A model generated the notes under the pieces. It did no database searches and was not told the DNA's origin. It worked only from the letters and a program-made list of their open reading frames with translations. The translations under genes were made by a program, and so were the position numbers. DNA of 64,000 nt from Octopus vulgaris. Lineage: Eukaryota. This document shows positions 1 to 13,039 of this stretch, in pieces. Positions within the stretch are counted from its first letter, which is position 1, and each line of letters starts with the position of its first letter. Location: assembly GCA_951406725.2 (NCBI GenBank), contig OX597833.1:20584001-20648000 (forward strand), read 5' to 3'.

Positions 1-70
1 TATATATGTATATATACATAGATACAAACATTTGGATACGCACACATATATACATGCATACATACAAACG

Positions 71-104
<34 letters not shown>

Positions 105-342
105 CATAGACAGATAACTATATGCTCGAGTTTACACACGTAAATCAAAGCATACAGATCTGCACGTCTACCAACTCCTAATACAGGCACACACACACAC
201 TCGCGCGCGCGCGTGCAACCCTGCATGACTACCCTGTTGATGTCAAAATTCTTGTGAAGGAGCGCCTTTGATCTCTGTTAGAAATTGGCTCTCCCCCCAT
301 TGGCAAGGAATCTAGAAATAAAACTTAATAACACATACATAA

Positions 343-378
<36 letters not shown>

Positions 379-413
379 GTATATACGTACATGCATAAAT
401 GTATGTAATATAT

Positions 414-458
<45 letters not shown>

Positions 459-825
459 CATACACACAAACACGCACACACACACATATATATAGTTATA
501 TGTATGCGCATATAGGCATACACAGACACGAGCATTTGTATCCGTAAACTACATCAGTGACTCGAGCTCTTAGACTTTCGTCCCAGGGTGGTAGTAGTTA
601 AAGTTCTCTGACACGAAACTCTAGGTCCTTGAGTCACTGGTCTGTAAGTAAACTAATATAACTACTCTCTATATTGATTTTTCTCTTCCCTTCCCGGTTA
701 TATAACTTGTCCTTGTCTTTTTCCTCCTTCTCCATTCCTCTCCCTCCCACTCTGCTTTGTGTGTGTGTGTATACACTCACACACATACACACACATATAT
801 ACATATATACATACATACATATATA

Positions 826-885
<60 letters not shown>

Positions 886-2140
886 CTTTTCTTTCATCTC
901 AGGTTTTGTTGGAGCTCCTGGACTCTTGCATGCGTAGCAGGCTTACTACCTGCAGCCTACGGTTCCATGCTATTCGTTCTTTTCAACTATCCAATACTTT
1001 CCTGATTATTCTGGCCGTGCCAAGGAGGCAAAGCTCTTGTAACAGTTCTACTGGGCACTCTCTTTCAATTTCCTTTATATTCCTCTTGATGCCTTCTGAT
1101 ACTGTTCCCAAGGACCCAACAATAATTGGTTCTATCTTCGTCTTCATTTTCCATAGTCGGGCTATTTCGTAATTAAGGGGGTTGTATCCATCTCTCTTTT
1201 CGCCTTCCTCCTTAACTATTCGTGGATCAAAGGGGGGCATGCAGTATCAACTATATAGCACATATGGTGCACCTTGTCCACCACCATTAGATTCGGTCTG
1301 TTATGCTCTAGCAGCTGATCTGTTTGGATTGGGAAATCCCAAAGAATTTTGCTAGATTCCGACTCTGCCATTCTCAACGGCTTGTGCTCATACCGCGTCT
1401 TGCCTCTCTCTAGCCCCCACTTTTCTCACAGTTTCCAATGTAACACTTTCGCTACCTGGTCATGTCGCTACTATTTGTTGTGGTTTTGGGCAAATATATG
1501 CGTGAAACCATTGCCCATATCACGAATGAATGCCTTAGACTTGCCCAAAACCACTACATTCGTGATATACGCAATGGTTTCACCCACTCTATTGCAGATG
1601 CGGCACAGTGGGGTCACTTGCTCATTCCTCAGGTTAACCATCCAGTTCGTCGATAGAGCTTGGACCTACGCTGCCAGTATAGAGCTCTTGGTCACTTTTT
1701 TAGGGTTCTTTTCATAAGCCAATCCTATCTATTTTTTCCGGCAACTTCTGTTGTGGCTACATGAAATTGATTGTGTAGTCCCTTCTTGCGTAATTCTTCT
1801 TCAATCCTTTTTGTGCTTCTTCCTTTGTCTTCCCTTTTTTCTCTGCTCTCTACACTCCCTCGTTTTTAACTGTCACTAGCAAGGTTTCCTTGCTTTGGGC
1901 TAGGTATCTAATTAAACTCTCGAGTTCGATACACGCGCAGTCTTCCACACTTATCATCCCCCTTCCTCCATTTGCTCTCTTCATGTATAGGCGATCAGTG
2001 TCTGCACGTGGATTATGGGCTCCATGCATCGTTAGGAGCTCTCTTGACTTCCTGTCCATCTCTTTTAGCTCCCCCTCTTTCCACTTCAGGATTCCAGTAC
2101 CCTACAGAACTACTACGATTGCGCGCGAGTTTATTGCCGA
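886..2140 (-). mobile_element. R4/Dong-like non-LTR retrotransposon, 5'-truncated and degenerate (RT C-terminus, zinc knuckle, restriction-like endonuclease)
   Basis: Minus-strand translation across frameshifts: DRKSRELLTMHGAHNPRADTDRLYMKRANGGRG; CRICNRVGETIAYI; RHDQVAKVLHWKL; KILWDFPIQTDQLLEHNRP; IIVGSLGTV...CLLGTARIIRKVL*. The 3' UTR runs into a (TAA)n tract at 828-885. Confidence 0.85.
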
Positions 2141-2399
2141 AATTATGTGTCTGGCAGGTCTGTGTGCCTTGCGTATGTGCTGCGGTTTGTTGTGGTGCTC
2201 TTATTTTTACTGTATTCAAAGTGCTTTACCTAGGACGTGTGCGGTGCCTAGTAGTGCTATTTTCTGTATGTTGTTATTAGTAAGTCTTGGTGTTTTAGTT
2301 TTGTATTTGTCTGAATGTTTTCTAACCATACCTAAACACCTATTATTATAGGGATTGTTTCTGTTTTGGGGCTCCACATTTGGGATATCTCTATCTCCA

Positions 2400-2402
<3 letters not shown>
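2141..2402 (-). mobile_element. Second R4/Dong-like 3'-terminal fragment abutting the first
   Basis: Minus strand reads EIEISQMWSPKTETIPIII / LGMVRK...IQKIALLGTAHVLGKAL*, the same RLE C-terminal motif with a different sequence. Confidence 0.7.
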
Positions 2403-2932
<530 letters not shown>

Positions 2933-2952
2933 ATAATAATAATTATTATTTA

Positions 2953-3510
2953 CTGAGTGAACAATACTTGCCATCAAAGTGACACTGGGGTAAAATATAC
3001 GAAGCTCAGTATACCCATTATGACTACCCGTCTGATAAAGGTATACCAGACACATGCATCACAACCATATATGAGCGACATGGTGATCTCATTTCAAGAT
3101 AAACAGTGCATAACCTTGCAGGTGGGACCTAGTTAAAATTTTCTCCAGGTTGAGCAGCCCATCCCGCTCAAAAGGTTCTTGAATAAGGGTTATTTAAAGG
3201 ATGTTGAACGAAACACCCATGTTTTCAGAGGTGAATTACCCAAATTTCAAAGAATTCCTCTCAACACATGGCTATGATGCTCCCCAACTAGTTCTGCGCG
3301 TGATCAGAGATGCACATATCGTCGACCACTAAGGGACATGCTCAACTGGTTATGGTCAAGCAACTGACAAGCAAATCTGTGGTATTGGGCAGAATATTTG
3401 CTGTAGCCCATCTTTTCTACCAAGACAAAACGATGTACATGATAACACTTCCAATCAGTTAAGATCAGAAGCCATGAGAGCCATTGCCTGGTACTGCATC
3501 AGGACATTTA
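2953..3510 (-). mobile_element. ~560-bp non-coding interspersed element (family D) flanked by TAA/TTA tracts
   Basis: Homologous copies at 33881-34222, 60966-61470 and partially 14147-14295; (TAA)n-type tracts on both sides here. Strand assigned from the TAA tail. Confidence 0.8.
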
Positions 3511-3522
3511 TTATTATTATTA

Positions 3523-3565
<43 letters not shown>

Positions 3566-3638
3566 ACGCTAATCCGGTTACTGTACTACCGTAACATGAA
3601 ACTCATAGCAGCTCACATTTAAGTCCCATATTTATTAC

Positions 3639-3728
<90 letters not shown>

Positions 3729-4139
3729 TGTATGTGTCTCAAAGAACATTTCTTTTTTTTACGTGAAACGTACTTATAGCGCCAAAGAAAAACAAACAAT
3801 TTCTTTTTCTCTGCAAATCGATAATAATTCAGGCGTTGTTAGGTTAGAAAGGAAAGATTTCTTTTATATATTTTCCAGTCATTGCTCGATGTTTCATCAC
3901 AAAGTATCTGTCAGGGTTAGACATCTGAAAGATTTAATAGTATTTGGTAGAGATTAAAACAGGTTTGAACGACATTTAAACTCCAACGACGTGATTCTTT
4001 ATCAGTTTCAATGTTGTGCAATATGCTTATGAATAACGATTTTCAAACATTTCCATTTTTATAATATTTTTTTTATCATAGGTTTATGAACGATTGTGTA
4101 TGTTTCTCAAATAAATAAATAAATAAATAAATATTCCCT

Positions 4140-4395
4140 TTTACTCTTTTCAGTCATTTGACTGCGGCCATTCTGGAGCACCATCTTTAGTCGAATAACT
4201 CGACCCCAGGACTTATTCTTTGTAAACCTACTACTTATTCGATCGGTCTCTTTATACCGAACCGCTAGGTAACGGGGTACATAAACACACCAGCATCGGT
4301 TGTCAAGTGATGGTGGGGAGACAAACACACACATAAACAACAAACACACACACACACACACATACATACATACATACATACATACATACATACAT

Positions 4396-4447
<52 letters not shown>

Positions 4448-4632
4448 ATATATATATATACATACATACATATATACGACGACTTCTTTCAGTTTCCATC
4501 TACCAAATCCACTCACAAGGCTTTGGTCGGCCCGAGGCTATAGTAGAAGACACTTGCCCAAAGTCCCACGCAGTGGAACCGGAACCATGTGGTTGGGAAG
4601 CAAGCTTCTTACCACATAGCCACTCCTGCGCT
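4140..4632 (-). mobile_element. tRNA-headed SINE family B (internal microsatellite)
   Basis: Head GCGCAGGAGTGGCT.TGTGGTAAG, CTTGGGCAAGTGTCTTCTACTATAGCCTCGGGCCGACC, internal (TATG/TG)n, tail CAAATGACTGAAA..AAAAG; many copies. Confidence 0.85.
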
Positions 4633-4697
<65 letters not shown>

Positions 4698-4717
4698 GTA
4701 TGTGTGTGTATGTATAA

Positions 4718-4803
<86 letters not shown>

Positions 4804-4949
4804 GTCAAACTATTGTAATTTAATGCTCTAAGTGTTCCTTGATGATCCGTTGTGGTTGAGCATCTAAATGCATTTGGAAAATGTACTGCGGGTCTTGAAA
4901 CAACCATAGTAGTGGAGTAGTGGGTGAATGGTTCGTAGGAACATACATA

Positions 4950-5470
4950 CCGTAAATCCTCGAGTATAGTCCGTCCTTGAGTATAATACGCAAGGGATTT
5001 TTAGGGGGGCTGTACTTCTGAAAAAGCTAAACCTTTTGTAGAATACGAACCCCTTCTCTAACTTGAGTCGTGCGTAATTAAGCCACCAGCACCTAGTCGA
5101 ACAAACACTTCCGCGCATGCGTAATACAATAATGGTGATGTTCTTAACTGTTATATGGGAATGTAAACATGCTTTCAAATTGTTTTGTTACATGTTCTTC
5201 TGTGTTCTGAATACTTTTATTTTAATAAATGTTGCTTACTACAAGTTATGGATGATTCTTTTATAGCTTCATTGCTTTCGGGCTTAGCTTAAGGTATTTT
5301 CGCGCTCGACATCACAAACTGCGTCTGAATAAACATTGCCGGACAGCCAATAGAGACTCGGACATTGCTTAGGAAATCTTTTTCATTTTAACCTCGTATA
5401 TAGTACGCACTAGGGATTTTGACCTTTAAATTTTGGGAAAAAAATGCGGATTATACTCGAGGATTTACAG
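4950..5470. mobile_element. Tc2/pogo-like MITE
   Basis: TIR CCGTAAATCCTCGAGTATA...TATACTCGAGGATTTACAG, TA on both sides; inverted sister copy at 30866-31355. Confidence 0.85.
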
Positions 5471-5900
5471 TATATAATATAAACATTTTATGTATGTATG
5501 TATGTATGTATGTATGTATGTTGCCTTGCGGGAAGGATTGTTTCCATGAAGTCGTGTCTCGCCTTTACCTTCGAAACACGGTGTAGACGAAACAGAGGCG
5601 GCTGAAGAAGGGGAATTTTCCTTCTGTTGTACGTCTTTTACTCTGCTTTTTCGTTGTTTAAAAAATGTGTTTCCTTGGTTATGTTTTTATGTTTTCGTTT
5701 CTCATTGTGTTCGACGTTTTTTTTTGTGTCCTGTACCTATATATGCATGTATATATACATATAGATGTAGGTACGTACATATATGTATGTATATATGCAT
5801 ATGTTTTATTTATTTTTTTGTTATTATATATGTATATATGCATGCATGTATGTATGTATATATGTATGTTTGTATGTATGTATGTTTGCATGTATGTATG

Positions 5901-5955
<55 letters not shown>

Positions 5956-6036
5956 TGCATTTGTGGGGTAGCAAGGTAACAAGTGGTATAAAATAAAGTG
6001 GAATCTCTCAGCAATTATCATGCTTGCTACATGAGG

Positions 6037-6098
<62 letters not shown>

Positions 6099-6209
6099 CC
6101 GGATGGTGCTCGAAAATTAAAGAGTGTTACCTTAGTTCACTGGTAGTGAACAGCTGGCATCGTAGTACGTTTCAGGCGTTAGAAGCTGTGCAAAGGAAAC
6201 ACAAAGCTT

Positions 6210-6947
6210 GAAACTTGGGGAAGGGATTAAGTCAATTATATCGAGCCCAGTACGTAACTGGTACTTAATTTATTGACCCCGAAATGATGAAAAGAAAAAC
6301 CGACCTCGGTAGAATTTTAACTCAGAACGTAGCGGCAGACGAAATACCTATTTCTTTACTACCCACAGGGGCTAAACACAGGGAGGACAAATAAGGACAG
6401 ACCAACGAATTAAGTCGATTATATCGTCCCCAGTGCGTAACTGGTACTTAATTTATCGACCCCGAAAGGATGAAAGGCAAAGTCGACCTCGGCGGAATTT
6501 GAACTCAGAACGTAACGGCAGTTGAAATACCTATTTCTTTACTATCCACAAGGGGCTAAACACAGAGGGGACGAACAAGGACAGACAAACGGATTAAGTC
6601 GATTATATCGACCCCAGGGCGTTACTGGTACTTAATTTATCGACTCCGAAAGAATGAAAGGCAAAGTCGACCTCGGCGGAATTTGAACTCAGAACATAAC
6701 GGCAGTCGAAATACCTATTTCTTTACTATCCACAAGGGGCTAAACACAGAGGGGACAAACAAGGACAGACAAACGGATTAAGTAGATTATATCGAACCCC
6801 AGTGCGTTACTGGTACTTAATTTATCGACCCCGAAAGGATGAAAGGCAAAGTCGACCTCGGCGGAATTTGAACTCAGAACGTAGCGGCAGACGAAATACC
6901 TCGAAGTATTTCGTCCAGCGTGCTAACGTTTCTGTCAGCTCGCCGCC

Positions 6948-6949
<2 letters not shown>
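6210..6949 (-). mobile_element. SINE family A tetramer: one head plus four cores in ~184-bp tandem units
   Basis: Plus-strand GAAATACC recurs at 6341, 6524, 6708, 6893 (periods 183, 184, 185). Confidence 0.9.
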
Positions 6950-7020
<71 letters not shown>

Positions 7021-7614
7021 CTTCATTTATTTGCTACAATTGGGAAGGATGAGGGGGACAGGACACTGTAGTACTGAGAGCTATTTAATCGTCTGACTTG
7101 TGTGGCCTTGTGCAAACGGTGGAAATCAATTTCCAATCCTTCGACCATAAATTCTTTTAGTTACCCAAGAAATGCATTGCAGACAATAATTAGCTCGGTT
7201 TTCAATCAATTACTTGATTTCATTCTCTTCTATCTCCCCCGTTGTTTCACGTCTAGACTATTCCAGATATATTGTTTCCTTTTGCATTCCCTAAATATTG
7301 AAATATTGGAATCGAGATGTCCGTATCGTACGTATATCGATTACAACCTTGTTTTTGTTTTATTTTTCGTGATCAGTTATCTCCCGTCCATTTATGACAA
7401 CTTCCCCCTTCCCTCACTCCTTTGCACCCCAACTCTCCTCCCATTTCTTTGATTTTTATTATTCTCCCTTATCTCTTCTTCTAGCTCTTTCTCTTTGTTC
7501 CTCTCTCTCTCTTTTCTTTTTCTTTCTGTATCATTTTTCTACCGACCAGTAATTCTTCCATGTCTATAAAATATGTTCATTTTATTGCTTATACTTTTTT
7601 CTTTGGTATTTCTC

Positions 7615-7671
<57 letters not shown>

Positions 7672-8028
7672 TCTCTCCAGCCTCCTTCCCCCACCTTTCT
7701 TCCCCACTCTCTCGTTTCTTAATGGCTAAATATTTTCCTTTTCTTTCTTTTCCTCACAATTTTCTTTGTCATTAAAAATAATTTATTATTATTATTATTG
7801 TTATTACTATTGTTGTTGTCGTTGTTGTTGGTGCAGTTGTTGTTGTAGTTGTTGTTGATAACATTATTATTTATTTACTTGTTTGTTTATTTCTGGATTC
7901 TATTCCAAAGATTCATACGCACGCAACTGCCGCCGTGAAACGAGCATGCGCAGTTGAGTTTTTTTTGTTTAATCAAAGCAAAACTGAATGGATACTAAAG
8001 GCGGTATTTCGTTTTCCGGAATCTAACA

Positions 8029-9021
8029 ATGAATTTTTCCAAAGCTCAACAAGTGGACATCTACATTTCTCAAGATATTTGGATGATATTCGCACCCTGT
8101 TACATTTTACTGGGAACAATCGGTAATCTGTTTGTTCTGATTATTTTCTGTAAAAAGTGCATGCATGATGTTGTCAACGCCACATTTATGATACTGTCAG
8201 CGTTGGTAGATTTCGCCATCTTGTACACGTCTCTGCTGGCCAAATGGTTGAAGTACACGGAAATTATCGACTGGGATTTAGTCCCCGATCTTATCTGTAA
8301 GCTACAGTTATGGTTGTCGACGTCCTTTGGAATGATGGAGCCTTGGATTGTTGTTGTCATCACTGTACAAAGAGGAACCATGTTGCTGCAGCCGTTTCGG
8401 AACTTGGGAGTCTCGAAAAACGTCTCAAACGACTTGGTCAAGGTATTTTCTATGGTTATGTTCATATTTCTTATCAATTTACATTTGATGCACGGCTCTT
8501 TCGACGGCGATGCCTCCGTCATTACGTTTCCACGTACCTACTGTTACGGAAACGACTCCCAATATTTGCTCTTCTTGAAGAAATGGGAGATAGCTCGAGT
8601 GTTTTTCGTTCTAATATTGCCTACCGGTATCTTCTTTGTGTTTGACATTGTCATAGTTTATCAGTTGAAAATGTGTGCCTGCATTCGCAGAAGCAGCCGA
8701 CAGGAAACGAAGCCGTCTTCAGAGGTAGCTAACAACGCCAGTCGTAGTATGAAGTATATCTTAATCCTAAATATTGTTTTTTTAGTCACAAGCTTCCCAA
8801 CTATCTTTGTTACAATGAAATCTCCGTCAGAAACACGTGATGAAGCAGACAATTTCTTTCTGCTAACTGTTACAAGTTTGTTGCTCTACACACGCAATGC
8901 AGCCGGGTTCCTGGCCTTCATAGCTAGCGGTAAATTTCGACGGGAAGTAACGAAAATCTATCGAAATTGCAAAATCAATCTGTTTTCACCGAGGAATATG
9001 ATAAAGCCTTTAGAGAAATAA
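8029..9021 (+). CDS. Intronless class A (rhodopsin-like) GPCR, peptide-receptor/Srw-like (FMRFamide-receptor-like) group
   Basis: 330-aa non-repetitive ORF with 7 hydrophobic segments; N-glycosylation sequon NFS; TM1 GTIGN; TM2 LSALVD; ECL1 W and TM3 Cys (DLICK); QRG at the DRY position; ECL2 Cys (TYCY); TM5 Pro; TM6 FLVTSFP; TM7 NAAGFL; helix 8 SGKFRREV. Confidence 0.92.
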   Translation: MNFSKAQQVDIYISQDIWMIFAPCYILLGTIGNLFVLIIFCKKCMHDVVNATFMILSALVDFAILYTSLLAKWLKYTEIIDWDLVPDLICKLQLWLSTSFGMMEPWIVVVITVQRGTMLLQPFRNLGVSKNVSNDLVKVFSMVMFIFLINLHLMHGSFDGDASVITFPRTYCYGNDSQYLLFLKKWEIARVFFVLILPTGIFFVFDIVIVYQLKMCACIRRSSRQETKPSSEVANNASRSMKYILILNIVFLVTSFPTIFVTMKSPSETRDEADNFFLLTVTSLLLYTRNAAGFLAFIASGKFRREVTKIYRNCKINLFSPRNMIKPLEK

Positions 9022-9300
9022 TATAAGATAAAAAAAGAATAATAATAAAAACACGACTAACAGACACTAATACCACTACTACCGCCATCACCACCACCAT
9101 TACCACTACCAACAACATGGTGGTGATGATGACGATGATGATGATTACGATGATGATAAATGATGATGATGGTGATGATAATGATAATGATGGTGATGGT
9201 GATGATGACAAAAATGATGATGGTAATGGTGGTGATGATAATGGAGGTGGTAATGGTGGGGGCATGAGGAAAGTGACGGTGATGTTTTGACGACGACGAC

Positions 9301-9339
<39 letters not shown>

Positions 9340-9774
9340 ATTGACGATAATGATGATGACGATGATGATGATGTGTATGATGGTGGTGATGGTGGTGACG
9401 CAAGTGGGTGCCACTGATAGCGGTGATGAATCGAAAAGTTATTTTCATAAATCTATAAAAAGAAAAAAAAAAACAAAAACAAAGAAGAAACAGCAACAAT
9501 AATAATAATAACAATAACAATAAGGATTTGTTTATTTGTTATAATAACATATACATACACACATGTATACATACGCGCGCGCTCACACACACACATACAC
9601 ACACACACATACACATTCATACTCACATACACACAAAAGACAAAACAAAAGAAGTCAACTTTAAGACGCAAGTACATAATTCTCGTCTGCCAGAAATCAG
9701 AAAATGGAATAAATGAAACGTCAACACAACTACCAAAACTTACAGTCTTTCCTGGAGAATGTTATGACTTAACC

Positions 9775-9836
<62 letters not shown>

Positions 9837-9852
9837 GTCAATCTATCTGTCA

Positions 9853-9928
<76 letters not shown>

Positions 9929-10111
9929 GTTAGTCTGTTTGTCTGTCAGTCAGTCTGTCTGTCAGTCTGTTTGTCTCTATCTGCCTGTTTGCTTGTCTGT
10001 CTGTCTGTCTGTTGTCTGTCTGTCCGTTGTCTGTCTGACTCTCTCTCTCTCGCTCTCTCCCTCTCTTTATCTATTTGTATGTTTGCCTTCTGTCTGTCTC
10101 CATCTGTCTGT

Positions 10112-10177
<66 letters not shown>

Positions 10178-10424
10178 GTCTGTCTGCCTGTCTGTCTGTC
10201 TTTCTCTCTCTATATATATATACATATCTATACACACATACACACCCCCTCAATACACATGTATATATGTTTTTGTTAACCTACATACAGGCATATAAAT
10301 ATATATATATATATATATGTGTATATTTATGTATATATATTTATATATATATGTATATATATATATGTATATATACATATATATTTATGTATATATTTAT
10401 GTATATATATATATTTACACACAC

Positions 10425-10457
<33 letters not shown>

Positions 10458-11024
10458 TGTATGTATGTATGTATGTATGTATGTATGTATGTATGTATGA
10501 ATGTATATATATTACTTTAGCCAGTTGTGTAAGTTATAGTTTGTCAACTAAAACATTTGTTTTTAACGGGTGTTTTTCCCCCCCGTTTTTTTTTTTTCTT
10601 TTTCTTTCTTTTTAACCGTTGACGTTATAAAAACAGCCTCGAGAATTATTTACGATGTTTTCAAATTTATTGTTTTATTTTACAGGTTCGAAGGATTTCT
10701 GTATTCATTTGTTTTTGTTGTTTTCTTTGTTAATTGTTTGTTTATTATTAATCTATTAATTTGTCTTTAAGAATTTTCGGTTCGATACCTCTCACTTGCA
10801 ATATTATTTTCGTTGGTTGGTGTAAAAAAAGAAAAAAGAAAAACAAAAAAGCCCCCACAACAATAATAGCGGTATCTAAACCAAAATAATACAGTAAAAT
10901 TCGGCTAATCCGGCAATCTACACAGTTTCCGGTTATCAATTTTGCCAGTGTGATCTAACTGAAATTTAAAAAAAGAAAAAAGAAAAAAACCCAACAAAAT
11001 TTGCATCTGAAAAAAACACACCTT

Positions 11025-11117
<93 letters not shown>

Positions 11118-11227
11118 ACACACATACACATACCCTCAATACACATGTATATATGTTTTTTGTTAATCTACATACAGGCATATATATATATGGAAGGAGG
11201 AGAGAAAAAGACAAATATTAATAGAGG

Positions 11228-11282
<55 letters not shown>

Positions 11283-11352
11283 ACTACTAATATTACTACT
11301 GCTGCTGCTGCTGCTACTACTACTACCACTACTACTGCTGCTGCTGCTGCTG

Positions 11353-11405
<53 letters not shown>

Positions 11406-11854
11406 GCTACTACTACTACTACTACTACTACTACTGCTACTACTGCTACTACTAGGGTGGATTTCTTAGCCTTAGGGGCTCAAGAAAGTGGAAACCATAC
11501 AAAGGAAAGGTTAGACTTCAACAGTGGAGACGTTACACGAAAAGAAAAAAAAAACATGAAAAATACAACAAAAAATTCCCAGTACTAGGAACAACTACCA
11601 AGGACCCTAATCAAGTAACCCTACAGATTCGTGATTAACCTAATCCCTAAGAGCAAATGCTCTCTCTCTCTCTCTGTCCTTCTCTTTCCCCCTCTTTCTC
11701 TCTCTCCGTTGTCATTTCCTGGCCTTCAGGTACCCGTTCAGTTGAGCTACCTTCGCCACTCTCACTCATCTTTGAGTAAATTTGCTGAGTGGTAAGTAGG
11801 AAGGGCATTACCTCTCTCTCTACCTTCACTCATTCCAAAACTTAGAAATATAAT

Positions 11855-12496
11855 AACCTTTTCTACAATAGGCACAAGGCCTGAAATTTTGAGGGAAAGG
11901 GGTTAAGTCGACTACATCGACCCCACTGCTTGACTGGTACTAATTTTATTGACTCCGACCCCGAAAGAATGAAAGGCAAAGTTAACCTCGGCAGAATTTG
12001 AACTCAGAACGCAAAGATGGACGAAATACCTATTTCTTAGCACAAGGGGCTAAACACAGAGAGGACAAACAAGGACAGACAAACGGATTAAGTCGATTAT
12101 ATCGACGCCAGTGCGTAACTGGTACTTATTTAATCGATCCCGAAAAGATGAAAGGCAAAGTCGACCTCGACGGAATTTGAACTTAGAATGTAGTGGCAGA
12201 CGAAATACAGCTAAGAATTTTACTTTGCGTGTTAACAATTATGTCTGCTTGCCGCCTTAAAAATAATCCTTTCTCCTAAAGGTACAATGCCTGAAATTTT
12301 GGGGGAGGGACTAGTTGATTATATTGACTCTAGTGTTTTACTGGTACTTAATTTATCGACCTCGAAAGGATGAACGGCAAAGTCGAGCTCAGCAGAATTT
12401 GAACTCAGAAAGTAAAGACGGACAAAATGCCGCTAAGCATTTTGGTTGGCGTGGTAACGATTCTGCTAGCTCGCCGCCTTAAAAATACAATATTAA

Positions 12497-12573
<77 letters not shown>

Positions 12574-12890
12574 CAACAACAATAATAAGAACAGTATATA
12601 AATCGCACCCCTAACAGTTGATTAAAGTCTGCATTTAGTAACCACAAGTATACTATATATTTCTTTACTGCCCACAAGGGGCTAAACACAGAGGGGACAA
12701 ACAAGGACAGACAAAGGGATTAAGTCGATTACATCGACCTCAGTGCGTAACTGGTACTTTATTTATCGACCCCGAAAGGATGAAAGGCAAAGTCGACCTA
12801 GGCGGAATTTGAACTCAGAACGTAACGGCAGACGAAATACGGCTACGCATTTCGCCCAGCGTGCTAACGTTTCTGCCAGCTCGCTGCCTT
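11855..12890 (-). mobile_element. Cluster of three SINE family A elements (dimer 11855-12259, monomer 12264-12480, monomer 12658-12890)
   Basis: Same core as above; the last copy is flanked by a 13-bp TSD CAAGTATACTATA (12645-12657 / 12891-12903). Confidence 0.85.
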
Positions 12891-13039
12891 CAAGTATACT
12901 ATAGCGATGTCTTGCAGGTTGTGGTGGTGATGATGGTGATGGCTATAGTGAAATTACTTCTGTATACATGATACTAAACGAGCACGACGGCTGAATTTAT
13001 TTCACCGATTAAATTCAATTTAAAGAATATATCATACAT

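Noticed and set aside
5590-5640. Hammerhead at GGCTGAAGAAGGGGAATTTTCCTT
   Set aside because: CTGAAGA and a stem are present but GAAA is missing; at most a decayed Penelope terminus.
6210-6949. CRISPR-like array or hammerhead retrozyme
   Set aside because: Units are whole 184-bp repeats with no unique spacers and no cas genes; no CTGANGA/GAAA core found on either strand of the unit.
8100-8852. Antisense and alternate-frame ORFs over the GPCR
   Set aside because: Shadow ORFs of a real CDS with no recognisable motifs.
8975-9520. His/Pro/Ser-rich 181-aa ORF; also the acidic ORF at 40048-40347 and poly-Thr ORFs at 11001-11588 and 60612-61022
   Set aside because: Derived from GAT/GGT/ACT trinucleotide low-complexity tracts.
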